A stretch of 64,000 bases of DNA, taken from an uncultured Gemmatimonadales bacterium (GTDB taxonomy: Bacteria; Gemmatimonadota; Gemmatimonadetes; Gemmatimonadales; GWC2-71-9). Positions within the stretch are counted from its first letter, which is position 1. Each line of letters opens with the position of its first letter. Below are positions 1 to 9,676 of this stretch, one piece after another. The stretch covers positions 480,001-544,000 of the forward strand of contig CAWCFX010000001.1 in NCBI GenBank assembly GCA_963795085.1, in the 5' to 3' direction. The position numbers and the translations under genes are program-made. Under the pieces are notes generated by a model that saw only the letters and a list, made by a program, of their open reading frames with translations, ran no database searches and was not told the origin of the DNA.

Positions 1-46
1 AGTGCGCGGCCAGCGCGGCGGTGAGTTGCTCGAGTATGTCGGTCAT
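1..46 (-). CDS. N-terminal fragment of a gene running off the window edge; possibly a Ser/Thr protein kinase
   Basis: ATG at 46 reads MTDILEQLTAALAAH(Y), resembling the leader before the 'RYxIxRELG' start of Hanks-type kinases in this type of genome; only 15 codons visible. Confidence 0.35.
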   Translation of the reverse strand, partial: MTDILEQLTAALAAH

Positions 47-179
47 GGTTTGGCCCCGGATGCCGGGGTCACTGTGAATTTAACCCGGTTTGTTCCGGGC
101 TGGTTCGCCGGGTGCGCCGGGGTCGGCCCCGCTCGTCCATCAAACAGTGCGCGCTCACCCTGTTACGAGGATCCTGTCC

Positions 180-722
180 ATGCCGAATCGCATCGCCCGA
201 CCCGGTTCCCTGCTGCTCGCCGTCCTGGCCACCCTCTCCTGCGGCCCCCGGCCGGGAAGCCCCGCAGGACCGCCGCCGGACCAGCTGGCCGGCCTGGAGG
301 AAAAGCGGCTGATTGCCGCCCCGGGCGGGTACGGTGTGGAGGGGTTCTCCCCGGCGGTGAAGGTAGGCAAACGGATCTACGTCTCGGGGCAGGTTGGAGT
401 TGACAGCACCGGAGCGGTAGCCGGAGATCTGCAGGCCCAGGCGCAGCAGGCCCTTCATAATCTCCAGGCCGTGCTGCTGGCCGCCGGCGCGACACCCGAG
501 GACGTGGTCCAGCTTGACGTCCATGTCGTGGATCCCGGGGCTTCCGACCTTGCCGGCCTGCACACCCAGTTGGGCGGGTTCTTCGCGGCGGGCGGCCTGC
601 CGGCCGGAAACCTGGTGGGGGTCGCCTCTCTGGCCCGACCCGGCCTCCGGGTCAGCCTGGCGGCGGTGGCCGAGACCCGGGGGCTTTTCCCTGACCGGGA
701 GGCGCTGCGCCGCTATCGCTGA
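180..722 (+). CDS. RidA/YjgF family protein with predicted lipoprotein signal peptide
   Basis: GFSPAVKVGKRIYVSGQVG, QAQQALHNLQAVLLAAGATPEDVVQL; N-terminal basic plus hydrophobic stretch ending LATLSC. Confidence 0.8.
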   Translation: MPNRIARPGSLLLAVLATLSCGPRPGSPAGPPPDQLAGLEEKRLIAAPGGYGVEGFSPAVKVGKRIYVSGQVGVDSTGAVAGDLQAQAQQALHNLQAVLLAAGATPEDVVQLDVHVVDPGASDLAGLHTQLGGFFAAGGLPAGNLVGVASLARPGLRVSLAAVAETRGLFPDREALRRYR

Positions 723-724
723 TT

Positions 725-770
725 GTGTCACAGGCGTGTAAAGAGTCCATGCCCGGTATCCCCTGTCACA
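725..770 (+). promoter_or_regulatory. Pho-box-like direct repeats upstream of pstS
   Basis: GTGTCAC (725) and GTGTAAA (736) spaced 11 bp, plus CTGTCAC (763); PhoB consensus is CTGTCAT repeated at 11-bp spacing. Confidence 0.5.
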
Positions 771-820
771 TTAGCATTGCGGGGAAACCGGTAGTCTCCG
801 ATACCTACACAGGAGCGCAC

Positions 821-1903
821 ATGAGGGTCACCAACAGTCTTGCGGCGGCGGGCGTTGTCCTGCTTCTGGCCGGATGCGGCCGGGGCGACGGAGCGCGGGG
901 ATCGGCGGACTCGTCGGCGTCCGGGAGCGCCACCACCGCGCTCACCGGGGCCGGGGCCACGTTTCCGAATCCGATCTACACCAAGTGGTTCGACGCATAC
1001 TCCCGCAAGACCGGTGTCCGGATCAACTACCAGTCGATAGGGTCCGGCGGCGGGATTCGGCAATTCACCGAAGGCACCGTGGATTTCGGAGCCACCGACA
1101 GCCCCATGAGCGACAGCGCGATTGCCCGGGTCAACGGCAACGTGATTCACGTACCCACGGTGCTGGGTGCGGTGGTGGTGACCTATAACCAGCCCGCCGC
1201 GGGGACCACGGCCCTTCGCTTCGACGGGGCAACGCTGGCCGATATCTTCCTCGGCAAAATCACCAAGTGGAACGATCGCCGGGTGGCGGCGCTCAATCCC
1301 GGGCTGACCCTGCCCAACGCCGACATCATCGTCGTGCACCGGTCGGACGGATCGGGGACCAGCTTCATCTGGACCGAGTACCTGAGCAAGGCCTCGGCCG
1401 AGTGGAAAAGCCGGATCGGGGCGGCCACGTCCGTCAACTGGCCCACCGGGCTGGGCGGCAAGGGAAACGAGGGCGTGACCCAGCAGGTCAAGCAGGTCGA
1501 GGGCACCATCGGGTACGTTGAATTGATCTATGCCCTGTCCAACAACCTGCCGGTGGCCCACCTCCGGAATGCGGCCGGGAACTTCATCGAGCCCAACCTG
1601 GAGAGTACCAGCGCCGCCGCGGCCGGACTGAACCTGGCGGCTGACACCGATTTCCGGGTGTCCGTCACCAATTCAGCCGCAGCCGATGCGTACCCGGCTG
1701 CCTCGTTCACCTGGCTGCTGATCAAGCGGGACAACCCGGATGCAGGGAAGGCCGCGGTGCTCAGGGAGTTTCTCGGCTGGGTGACCAGCGAGGAGGCCCA
1801 GGCCATGGCCCGGGCCCTCCGGTATGCACCCTTGCCCGACGACATGCGGGACTTGGTGCGGACCCGGGTGACGGCCCCAGCGGGCGGTACGCCGGGGTCC
1901 TGA
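821..1903 (+). CDS. pstS: Phosphate ABC transporter substrate-binding lipoprotein PstS
   Basis: GAGATFP, NYQSIGSGGG, DFGATD, HRSDGSGTS, GKGNEGV motifs; AGGAG RBS at 811; LAGC lipobox. Confidence 0.95.
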   Translation: MRVTNSLAAAGVVLLLAGCGRGDGARGSADSSASGSATTALTGAGATFPNPIYTKWFDAYSRKTGVRINYQSIGSGGGIRQFTEGTVDFGATDSPMSDSAIARVNGNVIHVPTVLGAVVVTYNQPAAGTTALRFDGATLADIFLGKITKWNDRRVAALNPGLTLPNADIIVVHRSDGSGTSFIWTEYLSKASAEWKSRIGAATSVNWPTGLGGKGNEGVTQQVKQVEGTIGYVELIYALSNNLPVAHLRNAAGNFIEPNLESTSAAAAGLNLAADTDFRVSVTNSAAADAYPAASFTWLLIKRDNPDAGKAAVLREFLGWVTSEEAQAMARALRYAPLPDDMRDLVRTRVTAPAGGTPGS

Positions 1904-1924
1904 GCCGCGCCGGGCAGGAGACCG

Positions 1925-1963
1925 GCGGCCCCGGATTTTCACGGTCCGGGGCCGCTTCCTTTT
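1925..1963 (+). terminator. Rho-independent terminator after pstS
   Basis: Stem GCGGCCCCGGA/TCCGGGGCCGC followed by TTCCTTTT. Confidence 0.75.
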
Positions 1964-2059
1964 CACCCCCTGAGGGTACACTTTTCCCCCGGCCCGGAAT
2001 CACCCGCCCATGGCAGGCCCGCAGGTTCCAATCCTCCCCCCACGCTCCCGGGAGCACGC

Positions 2060-2917
2060 GTGTCAACGACGATCTGGATTGATGGGAAGTGGTACGACCG
2101 CTCGACCGCGATGATTTCGGTGTTCGACCATGGCCTGCTGTACGGCGATGGCGTATTCGAAGGAACCCGGGCGTATAATGGAAAGGTATTCAAGCTCCGG
2201 GAGCATATCGCCCGGCTTTTTGATTCGGCGAAGTGCATCGGCCTGGCCCCCCCGGTGAGCCAGGAGGAACTGGTCCGGATCACCGAGGAAGGGGTCCGGC
2301 GCTCCGGCCTGAGCGATGCCTACCTCCGCCACCTCCTCACCCGCGGCGTGGGAGACCTGGGGCTGGATCCCCGCAAGTGCCCGGTCCCCACGGTCATCGT
2401 GATCATAGACCAGATCAAGTTGTGGTCGCCGGAACGGTATGAGCAGGGCCTCAACGTGGTCACCGCGGCCACCCCGATCCCCCATAGAGAGTCACTGTCG
2501 CCCCGGGTCAAGTCGCTCAACTATCTGCCCCACATTCTCGCGAAGATGGAGGGCATTACCGCCGGCGCCGACGAGATCCTGATGATGGACAGCGCCGGCA
2601 GCGTGGTCGAGGCTTCGGGTCAGAACCTCTTCATCGTCAAGAACGGCGAACTGTTCACGCCGCCGCCGTGGGCGGGGATCCTCAAGGGCGTGACCAGGGA
2701 TACCGTGATGGACCTGGCCCGCGCCGCCGGGTACCCGGTGCACGAAACCCAGCTCAACCGGTATGACGTCTATACCGCCGACGAGGCGTTCCTCAGCGGG
2801 ACCGCGACCGAGATCGCCGCGATCCGGCAGCTGGATGGCCGCCTTATCGGCGAGGGCCGCCAGGGCCCCATCACCCGGGAGATCTCCCAGAAATTCCAGG
2901 CCTACGTGCGGGACTGA
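2060..2917 (+). CDS. ilvE: Branched-chain amino acid aminotransferase (class IV PLP)
   Basis: HGLLYGDGVFEG, KSLNY (PLP lysine), ILKGVTR, ADEAFLSGT. Confidence 0.92.
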   Translation: MSTTIWIDGKWYDRSTAMISVFDHGLLYGDGVFEGTRAYNGKVFKLREHIARLFDSAKCIGLAPPVSQEELVRITEEGVRRSGLSDAYLRHLLTRGVGDLGLDPRKCPVPTVIVIIDQIKLWSPERYEQGLNVVTAATPIPHRESLSPRVKSLNYLPHILAKMEGITAGADEILMMDSAGSVVEASGQNLFIVKNGELFTPPPWAGILKGVTRDTVMDLARAAGYPVHETQLNRYDVYTADEAFLSGTATEIAAIRQLDGRLIGEGRQGPITREISQKFQAYVRD

Positions 2918-3001
2918 TCGCCAGGCGGCCTTGACCCGGCCGCTCGGGTTTCGGCATATTGGCCCTAGTCCCCCCAAGTTCCCTCAGACTTGGAGACCTC
3001 C

Positions 3002-3241
3002 ATGCCCTGGAGAGTCCTCGCGCACGGCGATACCGTGTGGAATGTCGCCGTTGCCGCCGAGCGAGGTCCTCAGACCTCGTCCTGGCGCCTGGTGCTCTCG
3101 TTTCGTTCCGCCGGGCCCCAGCGGGCCTCCTTCTGGACTCCGTATCCGCTGGTGTCGGCGTCCAAGTCCTCGCTCTTTGCCCAGGCCGACAAGATCTCCA
3201 ATGACAAACTGACCGCCGTTCTGGCCGACCACCTTCGCTAG
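3002..3241 (+). CDS. Small hypothetical protein (79 aa)
   Basis: GGAG RBS at 2992, ATG at 3002, GC3-biased codons; no recognisable motif. Confidence 0.65.
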   Translation: MPWRVLAHGDTVWNVAVAAERGPQTSSWRLVLSFRSAGPQRASFWTPYPLVSASKSSLFAQADKISNDKLTAVLADHLR

Positions 3242-3258
3242 CTATCCCCGGGAGTGCC

Positions 3259-3513
3259 ATGACCCATACCTCGTTGCAGGACCTTCGTCGTATCGCGGAG
3301 TCCATGACCGCCCTCAAGGGGCGGTCCATTGTCGAAACCTCCATGCGTTCGGATTTTCGCCAGTTGAAACTCGAATTGTCCGATGGCCTGATCGTGGTGA
3401 TCGCGCTGGAGAACGACGATGTCGGAAGACCCCGCCTGGAAGTGGACGTGGTCCGGCGACCGGAGGAGATCAACCGGCAGCAGCTTGAAGTGCGGTTTGA
3501 CGCAGTGTCCTGA
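3259..3513 (+). CDS. Small hypothetical protein (84 aa)
   Basis: GGGAG RBS just upstream, natural composition, co-directional with the previous ORF. Confidence 0.65.
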   Translation: MTHTSLQDLRRIAESMTALKGRSIVETSMRSDFRQLKLELSDGLIVVIALENDDVGRPRLEVDVVRRPEEINRQQLEVRFDAVS

Positions 3514-3743
3514 GGGATACCCGGATGTCGGGACGGGCAGGCTCATTTTGAGCCTGCCCGTTCTTCTTGCGGCAGAAGACCGCCGGGCGGAGATCTCCCA
3601 GATCCCGGGCGGCCAGTTTCAACCCGAAGTCAGCCAGACACTTAGGCAACTCGCCCTGCCCGGGTCTAAAAGGCATAAGATTCGCACTATTCCTCTACAT
3701 TTTCGTCACCTGCCCAGAGAAAGACCGAGGTCTGAGATCGGTC

Positions 3744-4157
3744 ATGCCGACTCCTGCTATGTCCGACCGCCTGCGATTCAGCGATTTCAACCTGGACCGG
3801 CTCAGCAATGGCCGCTGTCGTGCGTCAGTCACTCTCACCCTTCCCGATGACCGGGAGTTCCGCGGCGAGTCCGATGGGCTCGCCTCCCAGGCCGGGGAGC
3901 TGCGATGCGCGGCCCAGGCCTGCGTCGATGCGCTGGCCCAGTCGGTCGGGGGGAGCGTGAACTTCGAGCTGTTTGGGGTAAAGGCGGTGCGAGCCTTTGA
4001 TTCGACCGTGGTGATCGTGTCCCTCGCGCTGAGCGGCGAATCCGGCGCCCACCGGGTGGTCGGGTGTTGTCTCACGGACGATCCCTGTCGCGGGGCGGCG
4101 CTTTCGGTACTGAATGCGACCAATCGGGTTCTGGGGAATCGTTTCTTCATGAGATGA
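3744..4157 (+). CDS. Hypothetical protein, possibly a stand-alone LeuA regulatory-domain-like fold
   Basis: Duplicated beta-beta-beta-alpha pattern ending AAQACVDAL and DPCRGAALSVLNATNR; start may be 3744 or 3759. Confidence 0.6.
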   Translation: MPTPAMSDRLRFSDFNLDRLSNGRCRASVTLTLPDDREFRGESDGLASQAGELRCAAQACVDALAQSVGGSVNFELFGVKAVRAFDSTVVIVSLALSGESGAHRVVGCCLTDDPCRGAALSVLNATNRVLGNRFFMR

Positions 4158-4297
4158 GCGCCGCCCGAACATCCTCCGAACGCGGTCACCATCACTTTCA
4201 CGGCGCCCAGGCGCCCCGATACTTGAAGCGGGAACTCCAGTGGAGCCGCGGCCCCAGCCGGTCCTCCACCGATGTTTTGCCGGAAAGGAGTGCTTTG

Positions 4298-5977
4298 ATG
4301 AGAACGCTGTCCGCCCTGTTTGCGGTGGCCCTGGTGGGCGCCTGTTCCCGGGGAACGGGAACGCCGCCCTCCGCGTCGCCCAGCCCCTTGGCTCCGCAAC
4401 CCGCTTCCAGCACGCCGGCGGCGACGAACGGGCACACCACGGCCCAGGCCGCACCGGCCGTCCCCCCCGATACGGCGCTTCCGCTGAGCGAAGAGATCGA
4501 AGAAATGCAGTTGGCGGCGGATTCGGCAGCCGATGCGGCGGTACTGGAGGAGCTCGAAAACATCGTGGTCGAAGGCGGAGACAGCACCCTGGGCGACGCC
4601 GAGATCGACGCCGCGGTCACCTGGGATATCGATGTCGCCTCGTTCACCAACCACGACCGGGTGCAATACTTCCTCGACTTCTTTCAGGGCCCGGCCCGGC
4701 CCCGGATGACGATCTGGCTGGAACGGATGAGCCGATACGAGGACATGATCCGCGAGGAGCTGGCGGAGCAGGAACTGCCGGGAGACCTGGTGTACCTCGC
4801 CCTGATCGAGAGCGGGTTCTCCAACACGGCGGTGAGCCGGGCCCGCGCGACGGGCATGTGGCAGTTCATGCGGGGTACCGCCCAGATGTACGGCCTCCGG
4901 ATGGATTCCTGGGTGGACGAGCGTCGAGATCCCTTCAAGGCCACCAACGCAGCGGCCCGCCACCTGCGTGATCTCCGGGACCGGTTCGGGTCCATCTACC
5001 TGGCCGCGGCGGCCTACAATGCCGGCGGGGGCAAGGTGAGCCGGGGGCTGGCCCGCCTTCCCGGGGACGACGACAGTCTCACCTCCGACGCCACCTTTTT
5101 CCGGCTATCCGACACCCGCCACCTGCGGCAGGAAACCCGGGATTACGTTCCCAAGCTCATCGCCGCCGCGCTCATCGCCAAGGAGCCGGAGCGCTACGGC
5201 TTCCCTTCGTTTGACGATGTGGAACCTTTGGACTGGGACTCCCTGGTCGTGACGGGCGCGACCGGCCTTGACGTGGTCGCCCGGCTGGCCGACACCTCGG
5301 TCGCCGCGATCCGGGAGCTGAATTCCCAGTTTCTGCGCCTCTCCACTCCGCCCGGGTCGCGAAGCGTGATTCGCCTTCCTCCTGGAAAGGGTCCGGCGGT
5401 CAGCGTCGCCTATGCTGCCCTCCCGCCCGGCAGGCGGGTGACCTTCCAGGAGCACTACGTTACCCGGGGGCAGACCCTGAGCGGCATCGCCAACGTGTAT
5501 CACGTCAGCGTGGCGGATCTCCGGGACGCCAACCCCGGGATTGGCCGCACCATCAGGACCGGGCAGCGGCTCATCGTTCCCACCGGCGGCGTGGGGCCGG
5601 CCCGCGAAGCCGCTGCCGCCGAGGACCGGAGGGCGGAGATCCGCCGCTCCATCGCGGTGTTGCACACGGTTCGCTCCGGCGAGACCCTCTCGGAGATCGG
5701 GAGCCGCTACCGGGTCTCGGTGACCCAGCTCAAGACCTGGAACGGCCTGCGGGGTACCACGATCCGGGTGGGCCAGCGGCTCCGGGTGGGAACCTCAAGC
5801 GGTTCGACCTCCCGGGTGGCCGCCCGGGGCACTTCCATTCACATCGTGCGCGCCGGTGATACACTCTCCGGGGTGGCCCAGCGCTACGGCGTCTCCCAGT
5901 CCGCGCTCCGCGAAGCCAACGGGATGGGCTCCAGTTCAGTGATCCGGACCGGAACCCGGCTCAAGATTCCCGGCTGA
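4298..5977 (+). CDS. mltD: MltD-type lytic murein transglycosylase lipoprotein with three LysM domains
   Basis: LALIESGF, ATGMWQFM, DERRDP, AAYNAG, ETRDYVPK; three LysM repeats (GQTLSGIA, GETLSEIG, GDTLSGVA); AAGGAG RBS; LVGAC lipobox. Confidence 0.9.
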   Translation: MRTLSALFAVALVGACSRGTGTPPSASPSPLAPQPASSTPAATNGHTTAQAAPAVPPDTALPLSEEIEEMQLAADSAADAAVLEELENIVVEGGDSTLGDAEIDAAVTWDIDVASFTNHDRVQYFLDFFQGPARPRMTIWLERMSRYEDMIREELAEQELPGDLVYLALIESGFSNTAVSRARATGMWQFMRGTAQMYGLRMDSWVDERRDPFKATNAAARHLRDLRDRFGSIYLAAAAYNAGGGKVSRGLARLPGDDDSLTSDATFFRLSDTRHLRQETRDYVPKLIAAALIAKEPERYGFPSFDDVEPLDWDSLVVTGATGLDVVARLADTSVAAIRELNSQFLRLSTPPGSRSVIRLPPGKGPAVSVAYAALPPGRRVTFQEHYVTRGQTLSGIANVYHVSVADLRDANPGIGRTIRTGQRLIVPTGGVGPAREAAAAEDRRAEIRRSIAVLHTVRSGETLSEIGSRYRVSVTQLKTWNGLRGTTIRVGQRLRVGTSSGSTSRVAARGTSIHIVRAGDTLSGVAQRYGVSQSALREANGMGSSSVIRTGTRLKIPG

Positions 5978-5990
5978 GCAGCAGTCTTCG

Positions 5991-6035
5991 GCATGAAAAA
6001 ACGCCCTCGCGGGAAGCGAGGGCGTTTTTTCATGC
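5991..6035. terminator. Bidirectional Rho-independent terminator
   Basis: Perfect 20-bp inverted repeat GCATGAAAAAACGCCCTCGC/GCGAGGGCGTTTTTTCATGC between convergent genes. Confidence 0.9.
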
Positions 6036-6058
6036 TCGACTGCAGGTGGAACGGTAGC

Positions 6059-6754
6059 TCAATTGGCCGAGGCCGGGGGTGTCTTCTGATAGCCCCGGAG
6101 GATGGCCCGTTCGTATCCGTTGGTGGGATCCCCGCCGGCGGCCACGATCTGGTCCACGGTGGTCGGGCCCCGGTTGTAGGCCAGCAGGGCCAGTTCGAGA
6201 TCGCCCTTGTACCGGCGCATCATGTCCTTGAGGAACCGGAAGCCGAGGCGCAGGTTGGTATCCCGGTCGAATAGCTTTGCCTCCGTGATGGCGGGGTCGT
6301 AGAACCGGGCCGTCGCGGGCCGGATCTGGGTATACCCAATCGCGTTCTTGTTGCTCCGCGCCTTGACGATGAAGTTGCTCTCGATCCGGACCAGCCGGAA
6401 GCCGAGTCCCGGGTCGATGCCTTCGCTCAGTGCTATATCGTAGATGGCGGCCGAGAGATCGGCCGGGACCTGGTAGCGCCGGGAGTACTCCATGATGGCA
6501 CCGGCGCGCTCGACCTGGAGCTTGGCCACCGCGAGTTCCCCCCGTGCCGACTCGAGCTCAGTCTGGAGCTCGCTCAACTCCCGCGCGGCGAGCTCCGAAC
6601 CCACGGGAGCCGCCTCATCCGCCGCCCGCACTCGTCCCATGGAGCCACCCAATCCACTCACCACGAGGACAGCGGCAACAACCAGCAGTCCGCGCACCAG
6701 CAGGATGCTGGTCCGGGGCCACGGTTGCCGGGCCTCACTCATCGGTTCGTGCAT
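6059..6754 (-). CDS. SLT-domain lytic transglycosylase with N-terminal membrane anchor and coiled coil
   Basis: LVRIESNF, AIGYTQI, ALLAYNRG; AAGGAGG RBS. Confidence 0.88.
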   Translation of the reverse strand: MHEPMSEARQPWPRTSILLVRGLLVVAAVLVVSGLGGSMGRVRAADEAAPVGSELAARELSELQTELESARGELAVAKLQVERAGAIMEYSRRYQVPADLSAAIYDIALSEGIDPGLGFRLVRIESNFIVKARSNKNAIGYTQIRPATARFYDPAITEAKLFDRDTNLRLGFRFLKDMMRRYKGDLELALLAYNRGPTTVDQIVAAGGDPTNGYERAILRGYQKTPPASAN

Positions 6755-6784
6755 GGATCCTCCTTAATAAGTTGACAGCCGGTT

Positions 6785-7264
6785 TCACGCCCCCGCGCTG
6801 CGCCAGTCGCCGCGGGTTCCACCGGTTTTCTCAATCAGGCGCACCTGCTCGATCACCATGGAGCGGTCGATCGCCTTGACCATGTCGTACACGGCCAGGC
6901 AGGCGACCGATACCGCGGTCATCGCTTCCATTTCTACGCCGGTCTTCCCGGTGACCCGGGCCGTCGCTTCCACCCTGATGCCGGGGAGAGCGGAATCCGG
7001 CTCTACTCTTACTTCAATCGCGTCGAGCCCCAGCGGGTGGCAGAGGGGGATCAACTCCCCGGTCCGCTTGGCGGCGGCGATGCCCGCGATCTGGGCGACC
7101 GCCAGCACATCTCCCTTGCCGACCAGGTTGGCCTGGATCGCCGCGAACGCCTCCGGCGACATCCGCACCTGGCCTCGAGCCGTGGCCGACCGGGCGGTCA
7201 CCGGCTTCTGGCTTACGTCAACCATTCGGGCCCGCCCCGCCTCATCCATGTGGGTCAGACTCAC
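6785..7264 (-). CDS. moaC: Cyclic pyranopterin monophosphate synthase MoaC
   Basis: [49 protein letters not shown] overlap with holB stop. Confidence 0.95.
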   Translation of the reverse strand: MSLTHMDEAGRARMVDVSQKPVTARSATARGQVRMSPEAFAAIQANLVGKGDVLAVAQIAGIAAAKRTGELIPLCHPLGLDAIEVRVEPDSALPGIRVEATARVTGKTGVEMEAMTAVSVACLAVYDMVKAIDRSMVIEQVRLIEKTGGTRGDWRSAGA

Positions 7265-8328
7265 AGGATCTCCGCCAGGTCCTGGTTAAGCACCGCCAGC
7301 AGGAGCTGCGGATTCACGTTGCCCTGCGCCATTTCCCGCGCCTCTCCGACCTTTTCCAAGGCGGCCACCAGGCGATCCGGGGGGACCGCCGAAAGCCGCT
7401 CCAAGCCCGGGGATCCCGGATTCCGCCGCGTGGCCTGGACCAGCAGATCCGCCATCGCGTCCAGCGTCTCGGTGAACTCCCCCCGGGCGGAGAACGGCAT
7501 CTGCTTGAGCGCCAGCTCCCAGCCGGTTCCGTCTCCGGCCCGTGCTGATTCCAGGAGCACCAGGGCCGCCTGACCGGCTTTTCCCGCTTCGGCCGAGTCG
7601 GCCACTACGTTCCCGATGGCCCCGCGAGCCAAACTCACTTTTCGGTCCAGCGACCGGCTTTCGCCGCCGTGCGCCTCCAGGAATGTCCGGACTTCAGCAT
7701 CCGCCAGCCTGCCCAGGCGCATTCGGACGGCCCGGCTCCGGATGGTGGGCAGTACGTTCTCGATGTCCGCCGCCGTCAGCACGAAGTGAGTGCCCTCGGC
7801 CGGCTCTTCCAGCAACTTGAGCAACGCGTTAGCCGCCTCCGGGCTGGCCTCCTGCGGGACCAGCCGCTCGGCGTAGCCTATAAGGAAGAGACGGGCCTTT
7901 CCTTCGACCGGCCGGAGCGCCGCCTTCCGCCCAAGAAGGCGGGAGGTGGCTATGAAATGCCCCGCCAGTCCTTCCGGTGGGGCATAGAGCGGCTCTTTGC
8001 GCCGCTGCTCCAGTAGTTCGCCGTACGCCTCTTCCAGCTCTGCAACCTGCTTGTCGGCCTCCGATGCCTTGGGACGCAGCACCGGCATCACCCAGTACAC
8101 ATCGGGATGAGCCAAGTTCAGCACCAATCGGCACTGGCGGCAGCTTCCGCAGGGCTCGTCTCCGGGGGCCTCGCAGAGCAGGCGCTGCGCTATCCAGAGT
8201 CCGAATCGCTGCTTGCCGACCCCGGCCGGTCCGGTCAGCAACAGTAGCTGCGGCAGCCTTCCCCGGGTCATCGCCGCGCCGATCTGCCGGCGCTGCTCCT
8301 TGTGCCCTGCCAGGGGGGCCATTGACAT
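7261..8328 (-). CDS. holB: DNA polymerase III subunit delta'
   Basis: GPAGVGK, zinc module [33 protein letters not shown]. Confidence 0.9.
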   Translation of the reverse strand: MSMAPLAGHKEQRRQIGAAMTRGRLPQLLLLTGPAGVGKQRFGLWIAQRLLCEAPGDEPCGSCRQCRLVLNLAHPDVYWVMPVLRPKASEADKQVAELEEAYGELLEQRRKEPLYAPPEGLAGHFIATSRLLGRKAALRPVEGKARLFLIGYAERLVPQEASPEAANALLKLLEEPAEGTHFVLTAADIENVLPTIRSRAVRMRLGRLADAEVRTFLEAHGGESRSLDRKVSLARGAIGNVVADSAEAGKAGQAALVLLESARAGDGTGWELALKQMPFSARGEFTETLDAMADLLVQATRRNPGSPGLERLSAVPPDRLVAALEKVGEAREMAQGNVNPQLLLAVLNQDLAEIL

Positions 8329-8540
8329 GGCTACAAGCTAAGAGGAGGTTGCCAAAAGGGTAGTGGTGAGACGTGTAACATGTTTTTCAACAACCACTTA
8401 CGCGAAATAATGAACCGCCAAAATGACGGTCTGACCACTGATATACGTCTTCGCTGTGGGTGTGAGTGCTTACTGAGCTAAATTGAACGTGAGCAGGTTC
8501 TCACAAACCTCATAAATCAAACGTAGGTAATGATATGCGC

Positions 8541-8560
8541 CTTGTGATTTTAGTCACAAG
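8541..8560. promoter_or_regulatory. CRP/FNR- or Rex-type palindromic operator in an AT-rich intergenic region
   Basis: CTTGTGA-TTTTAG-TCACAAG, an exact TGTGA-N6-TCACA with extended flanks. Confidence 0.6.
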
Positions 8561-8665
8561 CGATCAGGGGATGCCCCATGCCTGCCAATCGGTCAATTCC
8601 GGCGTTGGGCCGTATTTCTCAACTGTGGGGATGCTGTTGCGATACTGACCCCTATGGGGTCGATC

Positions 8666-9676
8666 TCAGGCCGATTCCGCTCGGCGGCCTGGAGGGGTCA
8701 TGCGGAAGTGCCCACGCCGTTCCCCAGCGCGGGGCCCGGGGTTTTCACCCCGGAATCGATAGCTGGCGCGCCGAGTGGCGTTCAGATGGACGATCATCTC
8801 CCCGATCAGGCCCAGCGCGATCGCCTGGACCCCGATGACGAGCAGGAGGACGCCGAATAGGAGGAATGGACGAGTCGCAATGCCGCCGCCCAGGACCTTG
8901 GTTAGCAACATGGCGATGAGACTGGTCCCACCCGCCAGTGCCAGGCCCCCGCCGAGGAGCCCGAAGAACCGCAGCGGCTTGTCGGTAAAGCGAAGGAGAA
9001 AGATCAGTCCCATGACATCCAGCAGGCGGCGGAGGTACACGCCTGGGCCGTAGGTCCTGGGGGCCATCGCAGTGGGGTGAATCGCGGAGGGCAGTTCTTC
9101 GACGGAGTAGCCCTCCCGCCGGGCTACCAGGGGGAGGAACCGGACGACGTCACCGTACAGCCGTACGTCCTGGATGAGTTCGGGACGCATGGCCCGGACC
9201 CCGCAGGCGACGTCATGAAGCCGGCCACCGGCGAGCCCGCCAACGAGCGCATGGAGAATCCGGTTCTGAAACCGGTTGATTCGCGCGTCGGTGCGGGGCC
9301 ACCGCCAGGCGACGACCAGCTCCACCTCTTCGACCCGGGGGATCATCGCGGCGAGTGCCGCCGCTTCGACCTGGCGGTACGCCGGCAGCGTTATCAGGGT
9401 CCGGCCCCGGCAATGGCCGGCTGCGACTTTGAGAATCGAGGCCTCGCTTACCGAGTGGCCGAACTCAAGCACCCGCAGAGGTGCCCCGGCCGCTGCCAGG
9501 GGCTTGAGGTCGTCCAGCAGGGCGGCGTGAGCGGGCACGGTGGCAAAAATGAACTCGAAGCTGTATCCCGCTTCCCGGAGCGGCGCGGAGAACTCCTCGT
9601 AGAGGCCGGCGAGCGGCTCCGGCCGCTCGATCACCGGCACCAGGACAGAGACATCGAGGGGCAGTGTCCCGGTCAC
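8666..9676 (-). CDS. GT2 polyprenol-phosphate glycosyltransferase-like protein with degenerate active site
   Basis: Paralog of the upstream GT2 (LHDVACGVRA, LYGDVVRFLP, KPLRFFG, GLIGEM, two C-terminal TM helices); DDGS and DxD motifs absent; GTG start overlaps upstream TGA. Confidence 0.8.
   Translation of the reverse strand: MTGTLPLDVSVLVPVIERPEPLAGLYEEFSAPLREAGYSFEFIFATVPAHAALLDDLKPLAAAGAPLRVLEFGHSVSEASILKVAAGHCRGRTLITLPAYRQVEAAALAAMIPRVEEVELVVAWRWPRTDARINRFQNRILHALVGGLAGGRLHDVACGVRAMRPELIQDVRLYGDVVRFLPLVARREGYSVEELPSAIHPTAMAPRTYGPGVYLRRLLDVMGLIFLLRFTDKPLRFFGLLGGGLALAGGTSLIAMLLTKVLGGGIATRPFLLFGVLLLVIGVQAIALGLIGEMIVHLNATRRASYRFRGENPGPRAGERRGHFRMTPPGRRAESA

Noticed and set aside
6048..6125. 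tRNA-like sequence (GGTAGCTCAATTGG..GTTCGTATCC)
   Set aside because: The T-stem does not pair and the acceptor stem is incomplete; it overlaps the SLT gene 3' end on the other strand
8330..8660. Replication origin
   Set aside because: AT-rich, but no TTATCCACA-type DnaA boxes seen and no dnaA/dnaN context
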